Shown here piece by piece: positions 36,821-50,396 of a stretch of 64,000 nt of DNA. Where the stretch lies: assembly GCF_001949145.1 (NCBI RefSeq), contig NW_019091358.1:2180240-2244239 (forward strand), written 5' to 3'. This stretch comes from Acanthaster planci (lineage: Eukaryota). The position numbers and the translations under genes are program-made. Every line of letters begins with the position of its first letter. Within the stretch, counting starts at the first letter, position 1. Under the pieces are notes generated by a model. It searched no databases. It had not been told where the DNA came from and saw only the letters and a program-made list of their open reading frames with translations.

Positions 36821-39800
36821 TGCTGGCTAGGAGAACGATCATGCTAATTGTAATTAAATCCATCTTCGCGTCTCAGTTGGAAGTGGCAAGCATATCGAGC
36901 CTTCAGCATGATCAACTTGGACAAACAACTTGTTTACAGCAGAGTGTCGTATTTCAATAAATAGAGAGTATTTTCGATGAATATTACAGAACTAATTGCT
37001 TAAATGCCTTTCAGCGTTTGGCATTTTGTTTGGGGCAATTAAGTTCAAGAAAACGTGTTTGTAGTTTCCCCAGGCGTTATGTCTCTAAATTGAGCACCAG
37101 AGTGCATACATTTACGCCTCTGCATTCCTACTCAAAGAACACTCAGCTGGCTGGTTTGGTTTCAAGGGGAAAAACGTGGAAAAACAAGCAATCACATGCA
37201 ACCAGGAAACATTAAAGGTGACTTCGGTTTCCCGCCCATGAGTCTCTGGTCGGCTTGATTCTAAAGGAAAACAATTTAGAGGATCGCTTCCCGCTCCTTC
37301 TCTCTCTCTCGCTCTTTCTCTCTCGGGTTACGCCAATTCATCCGAATCCTATCCACCGCGTCCTTGCCTCAATCCCCACTGGGACCAAAGGGCCATCTTT
37401 TCCCGGTTGAAACGAGGAAAGCAGGGAGACTGTTTATTAAAACGAACAATAAACAATCCTAAGCATAAAGCTGGGTCTGTTTTATAATTTCCTGCGCTTC
37501 AAAGTCGACCATCTCTATTAATGTCTTTTCCAAATAAATTACTGAAGGCATTTACTTGAGGGGAAAAATGTATGCATATTTTGGAAGTCCCATGCAACTT
37601 CAATGGACCAGTGAGTTTTTACCGTGGTTGATTGTTACCGAAAATTTGATTAGAAAACGAAACAATGTTGGCGGGAAAATGGAGGCCCGCGGTAATGTGA
37701 AACAACAGCTAAACATTGTATTTTTCTTGATAATTCAGAGACGAATTATAGGACTGGACCCATTACTCACGACTAAAAATGAATGTCTAGGGTATGTCAC
37801 AGTAATTGATTGACTACAAACGTCCAATACTCGCTTGATGTTCCTGCGCATCAATTTAACTAAATTGGACAACCACAGCATGAACCAATTGCAAAGCCAC
37901 CAATCAGTATTTGAAACTGTAACATGTGCCATTTAAAATTGCTGCCTTAAAATCATACCTCCATCCCAACAAATTTGAAATGGGATGATATTACCCCCCC
38001 CCCCGAAAAAAGCATATTTCATTTCTGATCTTCATGTGGTATACACTGCTCACATTTTACATCTTACTACCCAGTGAAAGATGAAATGAGTACCTGTCCA
38101 ATGAAATTTTAGGGAATGAAAGACGCACAGGTAATTTAGGATTTATTTCGCTCTTATTATTTTTATGAGAAAAAAAACTTGATCCGAGAACATTATACTA
38201 GTCAAGGTGTACAAATCTATTTCAAAAGAAAATAAGGTTTGAATCATTCGTGATGAACCCTACGATTTTTTTTTGCCTGGAAAACAAAACATCAAAAGTG
38301 AGGAATGGGCTGAAGTTTCTCAAATTCATATTCTAAGTAGTTACCATTCGGCGTAATTATATGTGATGCTCCTTCTGTGTTAGTTTGAAACACCGGCATA
38401 AGGATCAAGCCGTCAACGACATTGGCGTGGATCACACATTCAACGCAATTGCTTAAAAGAAAATGTATTTCATTACAAATAAAATTGTTATCACTACCCT
38501 ATGCAGTTATACTGTCCAAACGAAGTGGCTCTGAGCAAATGAAAACAATGCAAGTACATTGCTCCCGCAACGCCTGAGGTGGTTCTGGCGTAGATTTCAT
38601 GTAGTGGTTTACTGACTTGGTAATACATCATCATCCAAATGCTGAGTGGTGATTTCCGGGTAATTGAGAATTCAAAGAACACCACCCTTTGTGGTAATTT
38701 TTCAGGCAAATAGCTTCAACTGTGGGCAGACAGAAAAGACAGAGTGCGCAAGCAGTTTCGCTCTGTCGACAACAAACTCCCAGAAGGGCCATTACGTGGA
38801 CAGCAAGTAGCCATCTGAGAAAGCCATGTCCATTAAGGTTGGATATAAAATGCACTTTACATGATAAATTTGCCCAAGAATGGGACCCTCAATTTTTTAA
38901 GCTGCACATATTTTAGTCTTGATTTCTTGGTGTAACATTTGACCTTATTGTTTTGTCTTGTCGTTCCCAATGAGAAAAGAAAAATAGCTTCAAACAAATG
39001 AAGTAATACAAATTAAAAACCACGGCTTGATGTTTTCAAGATAAAATGAGAAATGCAGTCCAAAAGAAATTCCGTTTTATATTTTTTAATGTAGGGTGAT
39101 AAAGTTTTTATCGCTCGATGTGTATACAAATGTCGGCAGGATACTTGGTGTAGGTCCTATCGAACTTGAAAAATTGTTAAAAACTAGACTCTTCGTTTTT
39201 TTAAGGCTCCATTTTTTAACTTTTAATTTCAACTGCAGGACTGGAATGTAACATTCAACTGCTAGCTCAGTTAGTACGATATTGCCGAAAGTGATAAATG
39301 TACACGTATACGGATATAGCTGAAGGTCATCGAGGGCGCTGTTGCAGATAAGCAGGTGTTCTTTATAGGCGACCGGCGGAGGTCGCTCCATTATTTGGCG
39401 GCAGCACCTATGTTTCCTTCCTCGACTTAATTTTGCTTATTGTTTAGGGTTGTAAAATGGAACGCCAGTGAGCTTTTGTGATTAAAACGAGACGTCTGAT
39501 GTATTATTTTGTTATTCGGTGATCTTATAGAATCAGATATGCAGTGGCCTTTTTCGAGTAGTGGAAATTCGTTTATTTCCTCTCCTTGTGATAAACAATC
39601 ATGATATTCTTGGAACCGGGGTTTTCACACGAATGTGAAACACATCAATATGAAGCCAGCGTTGAACAAAAGGCCATCCTGATGGTCATTAGCTTGCATG
39701 CCAGATTCACAATCTTAAATATCAGGTTCACTGTGATTTCATTCTGTCACAGCAATTCATTGCCTAAACGAAAGTCCAGTTGATACTCGAATAGAGTAGA

Positions 39801-40180
39801 AATTTAATAGGTTTAATGGGGTCGATAAAAATCCTTTTATGATATGTCAAGGGTCAATACGCGCTTCTAATGACGATGTTGCATGAAATATCTATATCTC
39901 AATATCTTTTTAAAAAAAAAATTGTACTTTTGGTTTTATTTTGCACGTCATTGCAAACGTCAATTGAAAATGTATATGTGTGGTATATCTTCAGGAAAAC
40001 CCAAACAAGAAGTATTTTCCACAGTTTATGTTGCACTCTATGTTGGCAACACGCGGTGCGGCGTCTCGAAGTGAGACTACGGCATTCACACGTATCGAAC
40101 ACTGGCGACGGCCCCATACAATCCCATGTATTAACTAAACTGATACTCCGGCAGTGCTGGGTGAACACTGATACGTGGCA

Positions 40181-41313
40181 GAGAAAGCCTCAATGCAAGA
40201 TAGTATTGATAGGAAGAAGCGCACTGATGTATTCACATTAACACTTCACACAACTGAAAATACGACAACTGGTCCACAATGTTCAAAATGAATTACAACA
40301 TGGGAGGAAAAGTGCTCACTTTTCCTTAAAGAGAAGGAATTTACTGTATAGAGGCACCATTCATAGGACATGGCAATGTGTCTGAAGAACCACATCACAG
40401 ATCAGATCCACCACATAAGATAACGTGTTTTGCTACGTGATGCAATATTTGTAGCGTTTGGTCACTCACTCTAATACACAGAAGCATTCTGTACAGTAGG
40501 GTTAGTTTTTTTGTTATATCCTTAATAGGAACAGCAAAAAGCAGCTTCTTTGAAATTGGCAAGTGGTTAAGGTCACAGNNNNNNNNNNNNNNNNNNNNNN
40601 NNNNNNNNNNNNNNNNNNNNNNNNNNNNNNNNNNNNNNNNNNNNNNNNNNNNNNNNNNNNNNNNNNNNNNNNNNNNNNNNNNNNNNNNNNNNNNNNNNNN
40701 NNNNNNNNNNNNNNNNNNNNNNNNNNNNNNNNNNNNNNNNNNNNNNNNNNNNNNNNNNNNNNNNNNNNNNNNNNNNNNNNNNNNNNNNNNNNNNNNNNNN
40801 NNNNNNNNNNNNNNNNNNNNNNNNNNNNNNNNNNNNNNNNNNNNNNNNNNNNNNNNNNNNNNNNNNNNNNNNNNNNNNNNNNNNNNNNNNNNNNNNNNNN
40901 NNNNNNNNNNNNNNNNNNNNNNNNNNNNNNNNNNNNNNNNNNNNNNNNNNNNNNNNNNNNNNNNNNNNNNNNNNNNNNNNNNNNNNNNNNNNNNNNNNNN
41001 NNNNNNNNNNNNNNNNNNNNNNNNNNNNNNNNNNNNNNNNNNNNNNNNNNNNNNNNNNNNNNNNNNNNNNNNNNNNNNNNNNNNNNNNNNNNNNNNNNNN
41101 NNNNNNNNNNNNNNNNNNCCTACATTTTCGATACCAAAAAGGATCCCAACCGTGTTCGGGTTTCATTTCTTCTAAGTGATCTCAATGTAACAGCAGTAGC
41201 GTATTCTAGTCATTGGTTAGGGTTCTGAAGTAACAGATCCAGGGGTGGCACAGTCAGGCTGCAGGCAGACTTCCAAAAAATCCCTTTTCGGGGGGGGGGG
41301 ACTTTGTTTTGTG
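40181..41313 (+). repeat. Duplicated segment copy 1 (contains 540-N gap 40579-41118), flanked by a 36-bp direct repeat
   Basis: About 93-95% identical by eye to 43959-45512 on both sides of the gaps; TTAACTAAACTGATACTCCGGCAGTGCTGGGTGAAC at 40131-40166 and 41314-41349. Confidence 0.9.
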
Positions 41314-42905
41314 TTAACTAAACTGATACTCCGGCAGTGCTGGGTGAACGTACGTGACAGACACTTTGGGAAGTTTGCAGCGGATTGGTTGAAAAAGTGT
41401 CGAGGTTTTGTTGACTGTAAAGTTAATTTATAAAGCTAATTTGGATTATCCTAAATTGTGATATGTAGTTAACTTTCTGCTACATGCACGAGTTTGCCCT
41501 GATGGTGGCATCTCGGTAGAGTCATCCGACAAAAAATTGCTAACAACAAGCGTCGAAAGTAGCAATGTATACGGCGACGCGTCTCAGTTTGTGTGTTTGG
41601 AAAGCTGGAGATTGACATGAATTTGACATGCCAAATTGATGACAATTGTATAACTGTATTCCACATAGTAGATGGGAAGTTGGTCACCTACAGACAATAT
41701 AAAAACCAACAAAGGAGAAAGAAACAAAGAAATGGGGTAGCAGTCATGGAGTAAAGCCAAGCTTGTAGTCACAGACAGAGACACAACAACAACCTTATCA
41801 ACCACTGGGTCCAAATAGGATAGGTAAGGTAAGCATATGGGCTTTGTGCCACATAACAGGCAAATTTTGAAGCCCTGGACAGAAATTTGATGAGCAGTAA
41901 TTTTATGTTCACTTTCAATGGCCAAGGAACACTCTTACTCCCTGACTGGCGTTTAATCAGTGCGCCCTCTTGTGCCCTAATATCGGCTGTTGAAGCAGGA
42001 ATCGCGTGCTATAAGCGCAAAAAAGATTATTTGCAAGCCTGTCTCCTCACAGCTAGCAGCCGTTTTGGGGCTGCACAAAACTACTTGTTCCAGAAGCCGA
42101 TCAACTGGTTCAGTGTTGCCGTGTTGGACCACAAATACAAGACCCCCCTCTGTTCAAAGTACAAACAGTGCCGCAGGTCGGATTAAAATGCGTGTTTTGT
42201 GTGCTCAGGATACAAGTGAACTTAATAGGGAACACATGATTAACTGTTTAATAGCGAACTGTGATTGACAGATTGTTTGAAAGTGACCCCCGTGCTATGC
42301 ATGACAGAGAGCATGAAACTGTTCTGCCTACAACATCAAAAAGTAAGAATTTATAGCGATAAATCTAACCTGAAAAAATTCAAACACAGCAATCAAGAAT
42401 TTTAGATTTATTTAATGTATTTTCTGCGGTCACAGGATAATTATCACTTTAAAATTAAACAAATAGATTTTTTAAGTTTGGCTTACAGCCTCCCTTTTAG
42501 AGGGAATCAGAAATATCGCCCCCAGCCCGATAGGCTGAGTTCGCGCGGCTTGTTCTCGTATGTTCACGAAGAAATCGATTTGTTGTTCGTGGGTCTGCTG
42601 GTCGAACGCCGGAGCTGGTAGTTAGTGGCAAGCAACATGCAGCATGGTGGTGGCCATGTGCGTTATTCTAGAAGTAATGTTTGGATTGGCTGAATTCTTT
42701 TTTTAAACATTCATTTTTGAACATTCATTTCTGTGCAATCGAAAATAATTCTGTGTCTGTGGTTTTAGAAGCCATCTCTCTACTTTTTGCAGCTGATCAA
42801 AATCAAAATCTCACGAGGGTTATCGTGTGTTCCTGTAAAACCCTGACGAGGAGGTGGTGTGTGATCCTGTGTCGAGAACCATTTGAAGCAAGATATGGGA
42901 CGGAA

Positions 42906-43037
42906 TTTGATCGGAATCTCAGAATTCTTTACAGATTTCTAGGGGGGAAGTGTTAGGTAAGAATAGTTTAAAGTGTGTATAGAGATTTGACAGGTAAGGG
43001 GGGGTACCCCTCCGTCCCATATCTTGCCTGGTATATC
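42906..43037 (+). repeat. Dispersed repeat fragment, copy 2 (paired with 19029-19157)
   Basis: Direct alignment to 19029-19157. Confidence 0.85.
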
Positions 43038-43254
43038 GAAAACAGTGTTCTTCAGTCGTGTTCACGCCGTTCGAGCGCGAGAACAAGAAACGCGTGTCAA
43101 GAACAGGCCGCCAGAACTTGACAATAGAGACTACGCTCTTGCGCCCTCTATTGACAGTCTGTAGAAATTTCTAACGAGTCTGTGGGAATAGGCCAACGTC
43201 TGTGAGATACGCCTGTACCGTAAGGCCAAGTGCGTCTATTTTGCACAAGTCTGA

Positions 43255-43490
43255 GGCGACAGCAGGACAAGGACTCGACGGCTGCAATGGCACGACGCGA
43301 CGGCTCGCCGGCACGACGCAAACTTGCATTGCGACGGCACAACGCAATAGCACAATGTGCAAACAAGACAGCATTACGCAAGGCTCAATCGGAACCGAAG
43401 GTGCCACAGGACGGCATGTAATACGATGCAACGGCACGAAACGACGGAACATGTACTGCATGACAGCAACATAGCATCGGGGCAAGCGAC
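43255..43490. repeat. Degenerate GCAAC/GCGAC/GCACG-type short-period tract
   Basis: gcacgacgcgacggc...gcgacggcacaacgcaatagcacaa...gcaacggcacgaaacgacgg; explains the overlapping spurious ORFs. Confidence 0.65.
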
Positions 43491-43958
43491 GATTTTATAT
43501 CACTGTGATAAAATAACAAATTAGGCTGGCCTTGAGAACACCTGCCAATCCTCCGATACGTATGTCATGATATGATGTGACATGTTTTGTAGACGTCATT
43601 TTAGTAACTTTACTCTGCAGGGCCATGACCTTCAGGGTCCAGTCTTGGGCGTAAGGCTTGTGGGTCAGAGTCTTGGCCTTGAAAATCAAAACCTATTGCT
43701 CCCACCCTGGCTTGTGCTCATAATGTGAAATGGCATGAACGATGACGTGATCGTGTGATTTATAAAATTTGAATATTCAGTGACAATTTATCTTGCATCA
43801 AGTTATATTTTGGCAAGCTGATTAAAGGATAGCGACAATCAATTGAATGCAAATCTTCAAAGAGCACCTTTCTGTCTCAGTTAACCTTGCTTTCAACTTT
43901 GTTTCACGATTTTCATACTACGAGTATATTCATGGGCACAACTGTGATGCTACCCTGG

Positions 43959-45512
43959 GAGAAAGCCTCAACGCAAGAGAGTATTGATAGGAAGAAGCGC
44001 ACTGATATATTCACATTTACACTTCACACAACTGAAAATACGACAACTTAAGGTCCACAATGTTCAAAATGAATTACAACATGGGAGGAAAAGTGCTCAC
44101 TTTCCTTAAAGAGAAGGAATTGACTGTATAGAGGCACCATTCATAGGACATGGCAACGTGTCTGAAGAACTACATCACAGATCAGATCCACCACATAAGA
44201 TAAGGTGTTGTTTTGCTACGTGATGCAATATTTGTAGCGTTTTGGTCACTCACTCTTTACACAGAAGCATTCTGTAGAGTAAGGTTGGTTGTTTTGTTAT
44301 ATCCGTAATAGGAACAGCGAAAATCAGCTTCTTTGAAATGGCCAAGTGGTTAAGGTCACGGNNNNNNNNNNNNNNNNNNNNNNNNNNNNNNNNNNNNNNN
44401 NNNNNNNNNNNNNNNNNNNNNNNNNNNNNNNNNNNNNNNNNNNNNNNNNNNNNNNNNNNNNNNNNNNNNNNNNNNNNNNNNNNNNNNNNNNNNNNNNNNN
44501 NNNNNNNNNNNNNNNNNNNNNNNNNNNNNNNNNNNNNNNNNNNNNNNNNNNNNNNNNNNNNNNNNNNNNNNNNNNNNNNNNNNNNNNNNNNNNNNNNNNN
44601 NNNNNNNNNNNNNNNNNNNNNNNNNNNNNNNNNNNNNNNNNNNNNNNNNNNNNNNNNNNNNNNNNNNNNNNNNNNNNNNNNNNNNNNNNNNNNNNNNNNN
44701 NNNNNNNNNNNNNNNNNNNNNNNNNNNNNNNNNNNNNNNNNNNNNNNNNNNNNNNNNNNNNNNNNNNNNNNNNNNNNNNNNNNNNNNNNNNNNNNNNNNN
44801 NNNNNNNNNNNNNNNNNNNNNNNNNNNNNNNNNNNNNNNNNNNNNNNNNNNNNNNNNNNNNNNNNNNNNNNNNNNNNNNNNNNNNNNNNNNNNNNNNNNN
44901 NNNNNNNNNNNNNNNNNNNNNNNNNNNNNNNNNNNNNNNNNNNNNNNNNNNNNNNNNNNNNNNNNNNNNNNNNNNNNNNNNNNNNNNNNNNNNNNNNNNN
45001 NNNNNNNNNNNNNNNNNNNNNNNNNNNNNNNNNNNNNNNNNNNNNNNNNNNNNNNNNNNNNNNNNNNNNNNNNNNNNNNNNNNNNNNNNNNNNNNNNNNN
45101 NNNNNNNNNNNNNNNNNNNNNNNNNNNNNNNNNNNNNNNNNNNNNNNNNNNNNNNNNNNNNNNNNNNNNNNNNNNNNNNNNNNNNNNNNNNNNNNNNNNN
45201 NNNNNNNNNNNNNNNNNNNNNNNNNNNNNNNNNNNNNNNNNNNNNNNNNNNNNNNNNNNNNNNNNNNNNNNNNNNNNNNNNNNNNNNNNNNNNNNNNNNN
45301 NNNNNNNNNNNNNCTTACATTTTCGATACCAAAAAGGATTCCAACCGTGTTCGGGTTTCATTTCTTCTAAGTTATCTCATTATAACAGCAGCAGCGTATT
45401 CTAGTCACTGGTTAGAGTTCTGAAGTAACAGATCCAGGGGTGGTACAGTCAGGCTGCAGGCAGACTTCGAAAACAAAATCCCTTTTTTGGGGGGGGGTAA
45501 TTTTGTTTTGTG
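43959..45512 (+). repeat. Duplicated segment copy 2 (contains 952-N gap 44362-45313)
   Basis: Aligns to 40181-41313; gap edges at equivalent sequence (aaggtcac.g | c.tacattttcgatacc). Confidence 0.9.
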
Positions 45513-46733
45513 GGAATAACTCAAAAGGTCATCGGTTAACGCACAGGAGACTGAAATGAAAGGGAAAGACTAAGGACCATCAAATAATTTAAAATGTGTT
45601 TCAGATTACCCGGGGATGTTGGTATGCATGTTACTGGACCCTGTGCACGCTGAATTTACACTGTGAATGGATTACACCTAAAGTGTCTGAAATGGTAACG
45701 AGCGCCCTCTTGCAGTCGTGTTTTGTTTTTTGGTTTTTTAATGTCAACAAGATGACGACGGACCTATTCAAACAATCGTGGCGAATTTGGAAGCAGCGAC
45801 AAATGCGTTTGTCGTCTGAGTTAAGCCCGGGAAAGCAAACAACTTGTACCTGGGTTCATACTGCGTTGTTTGCACTGTCACGGGGTTTTGTTTTAAAGCA
45901 CTGCCGCCCCAGCTGAGCTTTTATCCAGAGCAAAACCTGATTTTACACAAGCCGTGAAAATGAATCACATGCAGTGCAGACTCAGCCCTGTACGGCCATG
46001 CTCCCGCATAAGGAATGGTAGAAATTTACCTTCATTTTTTTGCTTTTTATCTTTCTAATTTGTTTGTCTATGATTGTGTTTGTGTCATTAGATGTGTTGT
46101 GTAAGACTTCAAACTAATAATTTGCTCCAGCAAATTGTCAAATCTTTATCTTTAGGTCAATGACTTGTTTTTGCAGTAGAACAAGAAATGATCATTGGGG
46201 TCGACTCGCAAGATGCTGAATATTGCACGTGCCAAAAAGAATTTCCCATTGTATGAGCAGAATAAAATTGGTTGAAGCCGTCCCCGATGAATCGAGATGT
46301 GATTTGGGGATTAAAAGTTGATCGCCGGGACCCAATACCTGCACGTGCTGCATCACATAGTTTGGATCTCTGGAGTTGTCAGACGATCGGTAATTATCAG
46401 AGGTAGCTCCTCGAATATCGCTACTTTGCCCAACAGCGAAGAGGGATACGAAATCCTATCTCATTTTCCCCTATAACAACGAAACATGAAACAGCCAAGC
46501 ACGTTTATGAACAATTGACAACAACATTCCTTTTCTTCGTATCAAACATTTCGATGTAATGTTGAGGAATCATTAAAAACAATAGGGTCTATTAATGGTG
46601 CTGGTGCGGGCCTGGTTGATTACAAAAATTATGAACATTACATCAACCTCTTCATTCTTTCTTGAAATAACTCCACAAAACGATAATATAATATATACGT
46701 GAAACTAATTTTTCTCAGTCCCAAACGCAATAC

Positions 46734-46884
46734 GGCCGTTTCACAATAGTGCGCCAAAAAGAGTCTGCAACGCGTTGGCCAATCACAATGCGCGAAATTT
46801 GTCGACCCAGTGCGCGTTTGGAAAAGATTGACAAATTTCGCGCGTTACGATTGGCCAACAAGTAGCAAACTCTTGTGAATCGCC
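46734..46884. mobile_element. Palindromic MITE (~150 bp)
   Basis: 45-bp arms aagagtctgcaacgcgttggccaatcacaatgcgcgaaatttgtc / gacaaatttcgcgcgttacgattggccaacaagtagcaaactctt (7 mismatches); termini ggccgtttcacaa...ttgtgaatcgcc. Confidence 0.8.
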
Positions 46885-47029
46885 AATATTCTTATCCATG
46901 CCATTTTAATGGTTACTACTCCAAGAGTACAGTGAGAAAGTTTCGACTTGGTAATAGCATCAGACAAAATTGGATTCATATCCGTAGCTATATCGTCTGG
47001 CCTACTTGCTTGCACCTCACTGGCTTATA

Positions 47030-48400
47030 GTGAAGCTTGATGTTAACCGCGTCTTAATGAAGAATTACGAATTGTCTCTGATTGGATGTAAAACAATAAA
47101 CTAACTCTTAATGCTTCGAAAACCAAGGTCATGGCTTTTGGTACATCTCAATAAAATCAAAGATAATCTGAATGTTGGAATCGGAGAATTCGGGAGAAAG
47201 TGACTTAGTTCAACTATCTTGGTGTATGGTTTGACCAGTATCTTAGATGGGATACTCTTATTGATAAAAGAGCTGTTAAAATCTCTCAGATACTTAGAGT
47301 GATGAAACGATTGAGTTGGTATGTGGACCAGCACACCCGTTATACTTTGTATAATGTTCTCGTTCTGCCTCACATTGACCATCCACCCCGAGTTGAAGGG
47401 CACCCCCCAAGCGGCAAAAGAACGACAGATGGAAGTAAGTTTTCCTAGCGGGTTCTTGCACGCGTTCTGCGTGTATGCACACGCACTCATCGTGTTCCGC
47501 GTCAAACGCACCATTGATCACCATTATAAACGCGCAGCTATACGGTGAGTACCTTCTAGAAAAAAAAGCACGCCCTCATTTGTTCCTCTCGGAGCGGATT
47601 GTTGTACAGTCTAGATCTAGACTCAAGCAGTCATTAAACATGTAAATAGAATTCAGGTTATCCAAACCAGGCAGTAAGACTAGCACTTGGCTACAGGGTT
47701 AGAGATGCACATATTAATGATTTATATAATGAATTGAAGTGGATGCAGGTTCGGCAGTGGGCTGAGTATTTTAGAAATATTCTCATGTACAAGTGCATTC
47801 ATGGAATGTCCCCTGAGTACTTATCATCTGAATACGATCTGAAATTAGTAATCACGCTTACAACACAAGATTCAATAATATTTTCTTTGCCAGCTGTAAG
47901 AGCAGAGATTGATAGATGTTCCTTGAAATTCTTTGAAGCCAGGCCATGGAATGACCTTCCATCTGCCATGAAAACCTTGCCTACGATCGTCAGTTTTTAA
48001 AAGCAAATCCAGGCAAATACAAATTCAGATAATTAACAGACAGTATGAATTATTTGCCAAACTATGTCGTTGAACCGATTAATCACATCATGTCATCTTA
48101 TGAATAATAATAGTGTGTGATCCCAACACCATGTGTTCTAAAGGTCTGCCAATGAGCTCATTTTTTTGTGTATTTATTTATTGACGTTTGTAATTTAAGT
48201 TTGATTTATTTACAAGTTTCACTCTTTCCCGTATTAATGTTAGATGTAACTTCACTGTGAGTAAAACTTTTTTGCTATGCTTTTTATGTATAATGGTTTC
48301 TATAATAATTTTTACTTGTATTATAATTGAATTATAATTGATGGCCTCTATGGAATGCTGTGCATTGATGGAGCTTACCCTGTTTTACATAAGACTTAAG
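47030..48400 (+). mobile_element. 5'-truncated CR1/L2/Crack-group LINE remnant (C-terminal ORF2 and 3' UTR), pseudogenised
   Basis: LNEELRIVSDWM*NNKLTLNASKTKVMAFG; YLGVWFDQYLRW..KISQILRVMKRL..LYNVLVLPHID|CCTV; LMYKCIHGMSPEYL; WNDLPSAMK...SF*K; AT-rich tail ending near ...cttaccctgttttacataa. Confidence 0.9.
47383..47597. mobile_element. 215-bp MITE inserted in the LINE ORF2
   Basis: Interrupts the PHID-x-CCTV motif; ends CCACCCCGAG / CTCGGAGCGG (8/10 inverted match), AT on both sides. Confidence 0.8.
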
Positions 48401-50396
48401 TGAATTTACATCTGCGACTTTGCGTGCAAGGAAATTTAGGAAGACTCTACATGCAAACAGCGATCCTCATATCAACGCTACGTAAATTCAGTGAATAGAT
48501 ATATTACTGAGGTAGGGATTATATGCTCGCTTTCTGGATCGTAGCTCTCTGTGGTTCAGCTAAGCAAGATTTACAGTCCCTGGAAGAAAAAACTTCAGAA
48601 ACGTATATTCTCCCTTGCTAGTCTCCGGTATCTAAATGAGACATGAATGTGTTGATGAGAAGGCAATGAAACCAACCATTAATCGTATTAGCTTTTTTTA
48701 GTCACTTTTTTTCAATATATATTGGTATTCGTTTTTGTTTCATTGCCGATATAGTTGCGTAAACATTCCCTTCCTTTCGGACAGATGCATCTTTGGGAAA
48801 TATTTGTTCCATCTCCATCCAGTACAGTCCTTGTTTAGCTCCGGGACGACATTTGCTGGTACTGTTGCAGTGAAATGGTCGAGGGAGCGTGCTTGGTAAG
48901 TTGAGCGTGAGGCTTCAGCATCAGCGCATAATTCAAGAGCATTATTCCTACTTATGCTGTCATGAGATTTATCGGAAGATTGCTGTCCTTTTGTTCTTTG
49001 CGACTCCTCAGTTCCGCTTGGCATGTGTTACTGTTTTCGTTGTATCATTTAACCTGAATTTCCTTGAAGAACCTCAACTTTTACACGCGGGCGTTTATAA
49101 GAGGATTGTGGACGGACAAGTGACAGAAATGCGGCTTATACTGGCGAGTGGAACTTGGTGTTTTCACCTAGCTTAAAGGGAAAAGTTGCCTCGTCACGAG
49201 TTTCTGAAAATGTGGAGTTTTGCCCACGCTGTTTGACAACTTTGTCTTGCTGCGTAGACGAAATCCGGAAGCAGGAGTGTAAATGACCAACAGGCTTCTA
49301 AGTTGAAGAACCAATGAAGAGTTGTTTTAATGCAACTCGTGGCCAAACACCCAATTTAACCTTATTTTGGAGCCCTTGTGGTTTCTACGTGCTGACCAAA
49401 TTTCCATAATTTTATTCATGAGTAATCTTGGGTTGCCATTCTGAGCAGAACCCTCTCCATCAAAGCTATTTCCCCACAACTTTTTAATATTTTGTTGTAA
49501 ATTTTAATCTCGTTGATAATTAACTGTGTAAGTACATGTCAGTTAGTCAATAAGTGAAAATGTGTTCGATAAACGAATTTTGGACTCAAAGTTTTGAAAT
49601 TGAACAAATAGTTACCATGACAACAGCGCCCTGAGCTGTCCGGAAAGACGTGGAAATTATTAAATTATTAAGAATATAACATTTCAGTACCGGGAAGTGT
49701 GAAGCGTCTCTGACTTTTCAACCACAAATCATTGTTTGGGTCATTTGAATCGTCTCCAGTTTGTCTGCCAAAGTAATCAATAAAACAAAGTAAGGGCTTC
49801 AATGGACGTGCAAGTTTTATCAGACTGTTTAGCTCATTAGATCGCATAGTTTGAAAAAAAAATTAAATAAACAATTCCTTCCGATTCATTCATTAATTCA
49901 GTTTATCATTACAACCATGTGGTATGTTTTCGACTGTTAAAGTATGACGTCATTGCAACAGGCATTTCAAAATGACAATGAGAGTGGTGTAATGCCTTTG
50001 CATACTTGGATCTTATTTAAAATCTGTCAGTGACATATCAGACCTACACAGAGTGCTATTTTTATCTCTGAAGGAGCAATAATACTACAACACGTAGCCA
50101 TCTTCCACGAAAACAGAGATTCAATATCTGGAATGACCATTCTACATTTAATTTTTATTTTTCATCCTTATTAATTATTTTTTTAACCTCTCTCTTTTTA
50201 TAGTTGACACCATAACAGTTTTGCAAAAGGAGGGATTCAAATGATAAAAATAAACTATATGATGCACGAGGAACCTTTTTCGAACTATTATTCCTGTTGG
50301 AGATATCTGCAACGACAACCAATTTATACAGGTCCATCAACAGCAGTTTTTAAAGGACTGCACCTGCACGGGAACAAGACAATTCATCTATCTATC

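Noticed and set aside
43148..43485. Overlapping Arg/Cys/Thr-rich ORFs; likewise 55365-55745, 36639-36863 and 6376-6561
   Set aside because: Products of low-complexity short-period tracts
40563..45423. Long ORFs spanning the N runs
   Set aside because: Artefacts of translating assembly gaps
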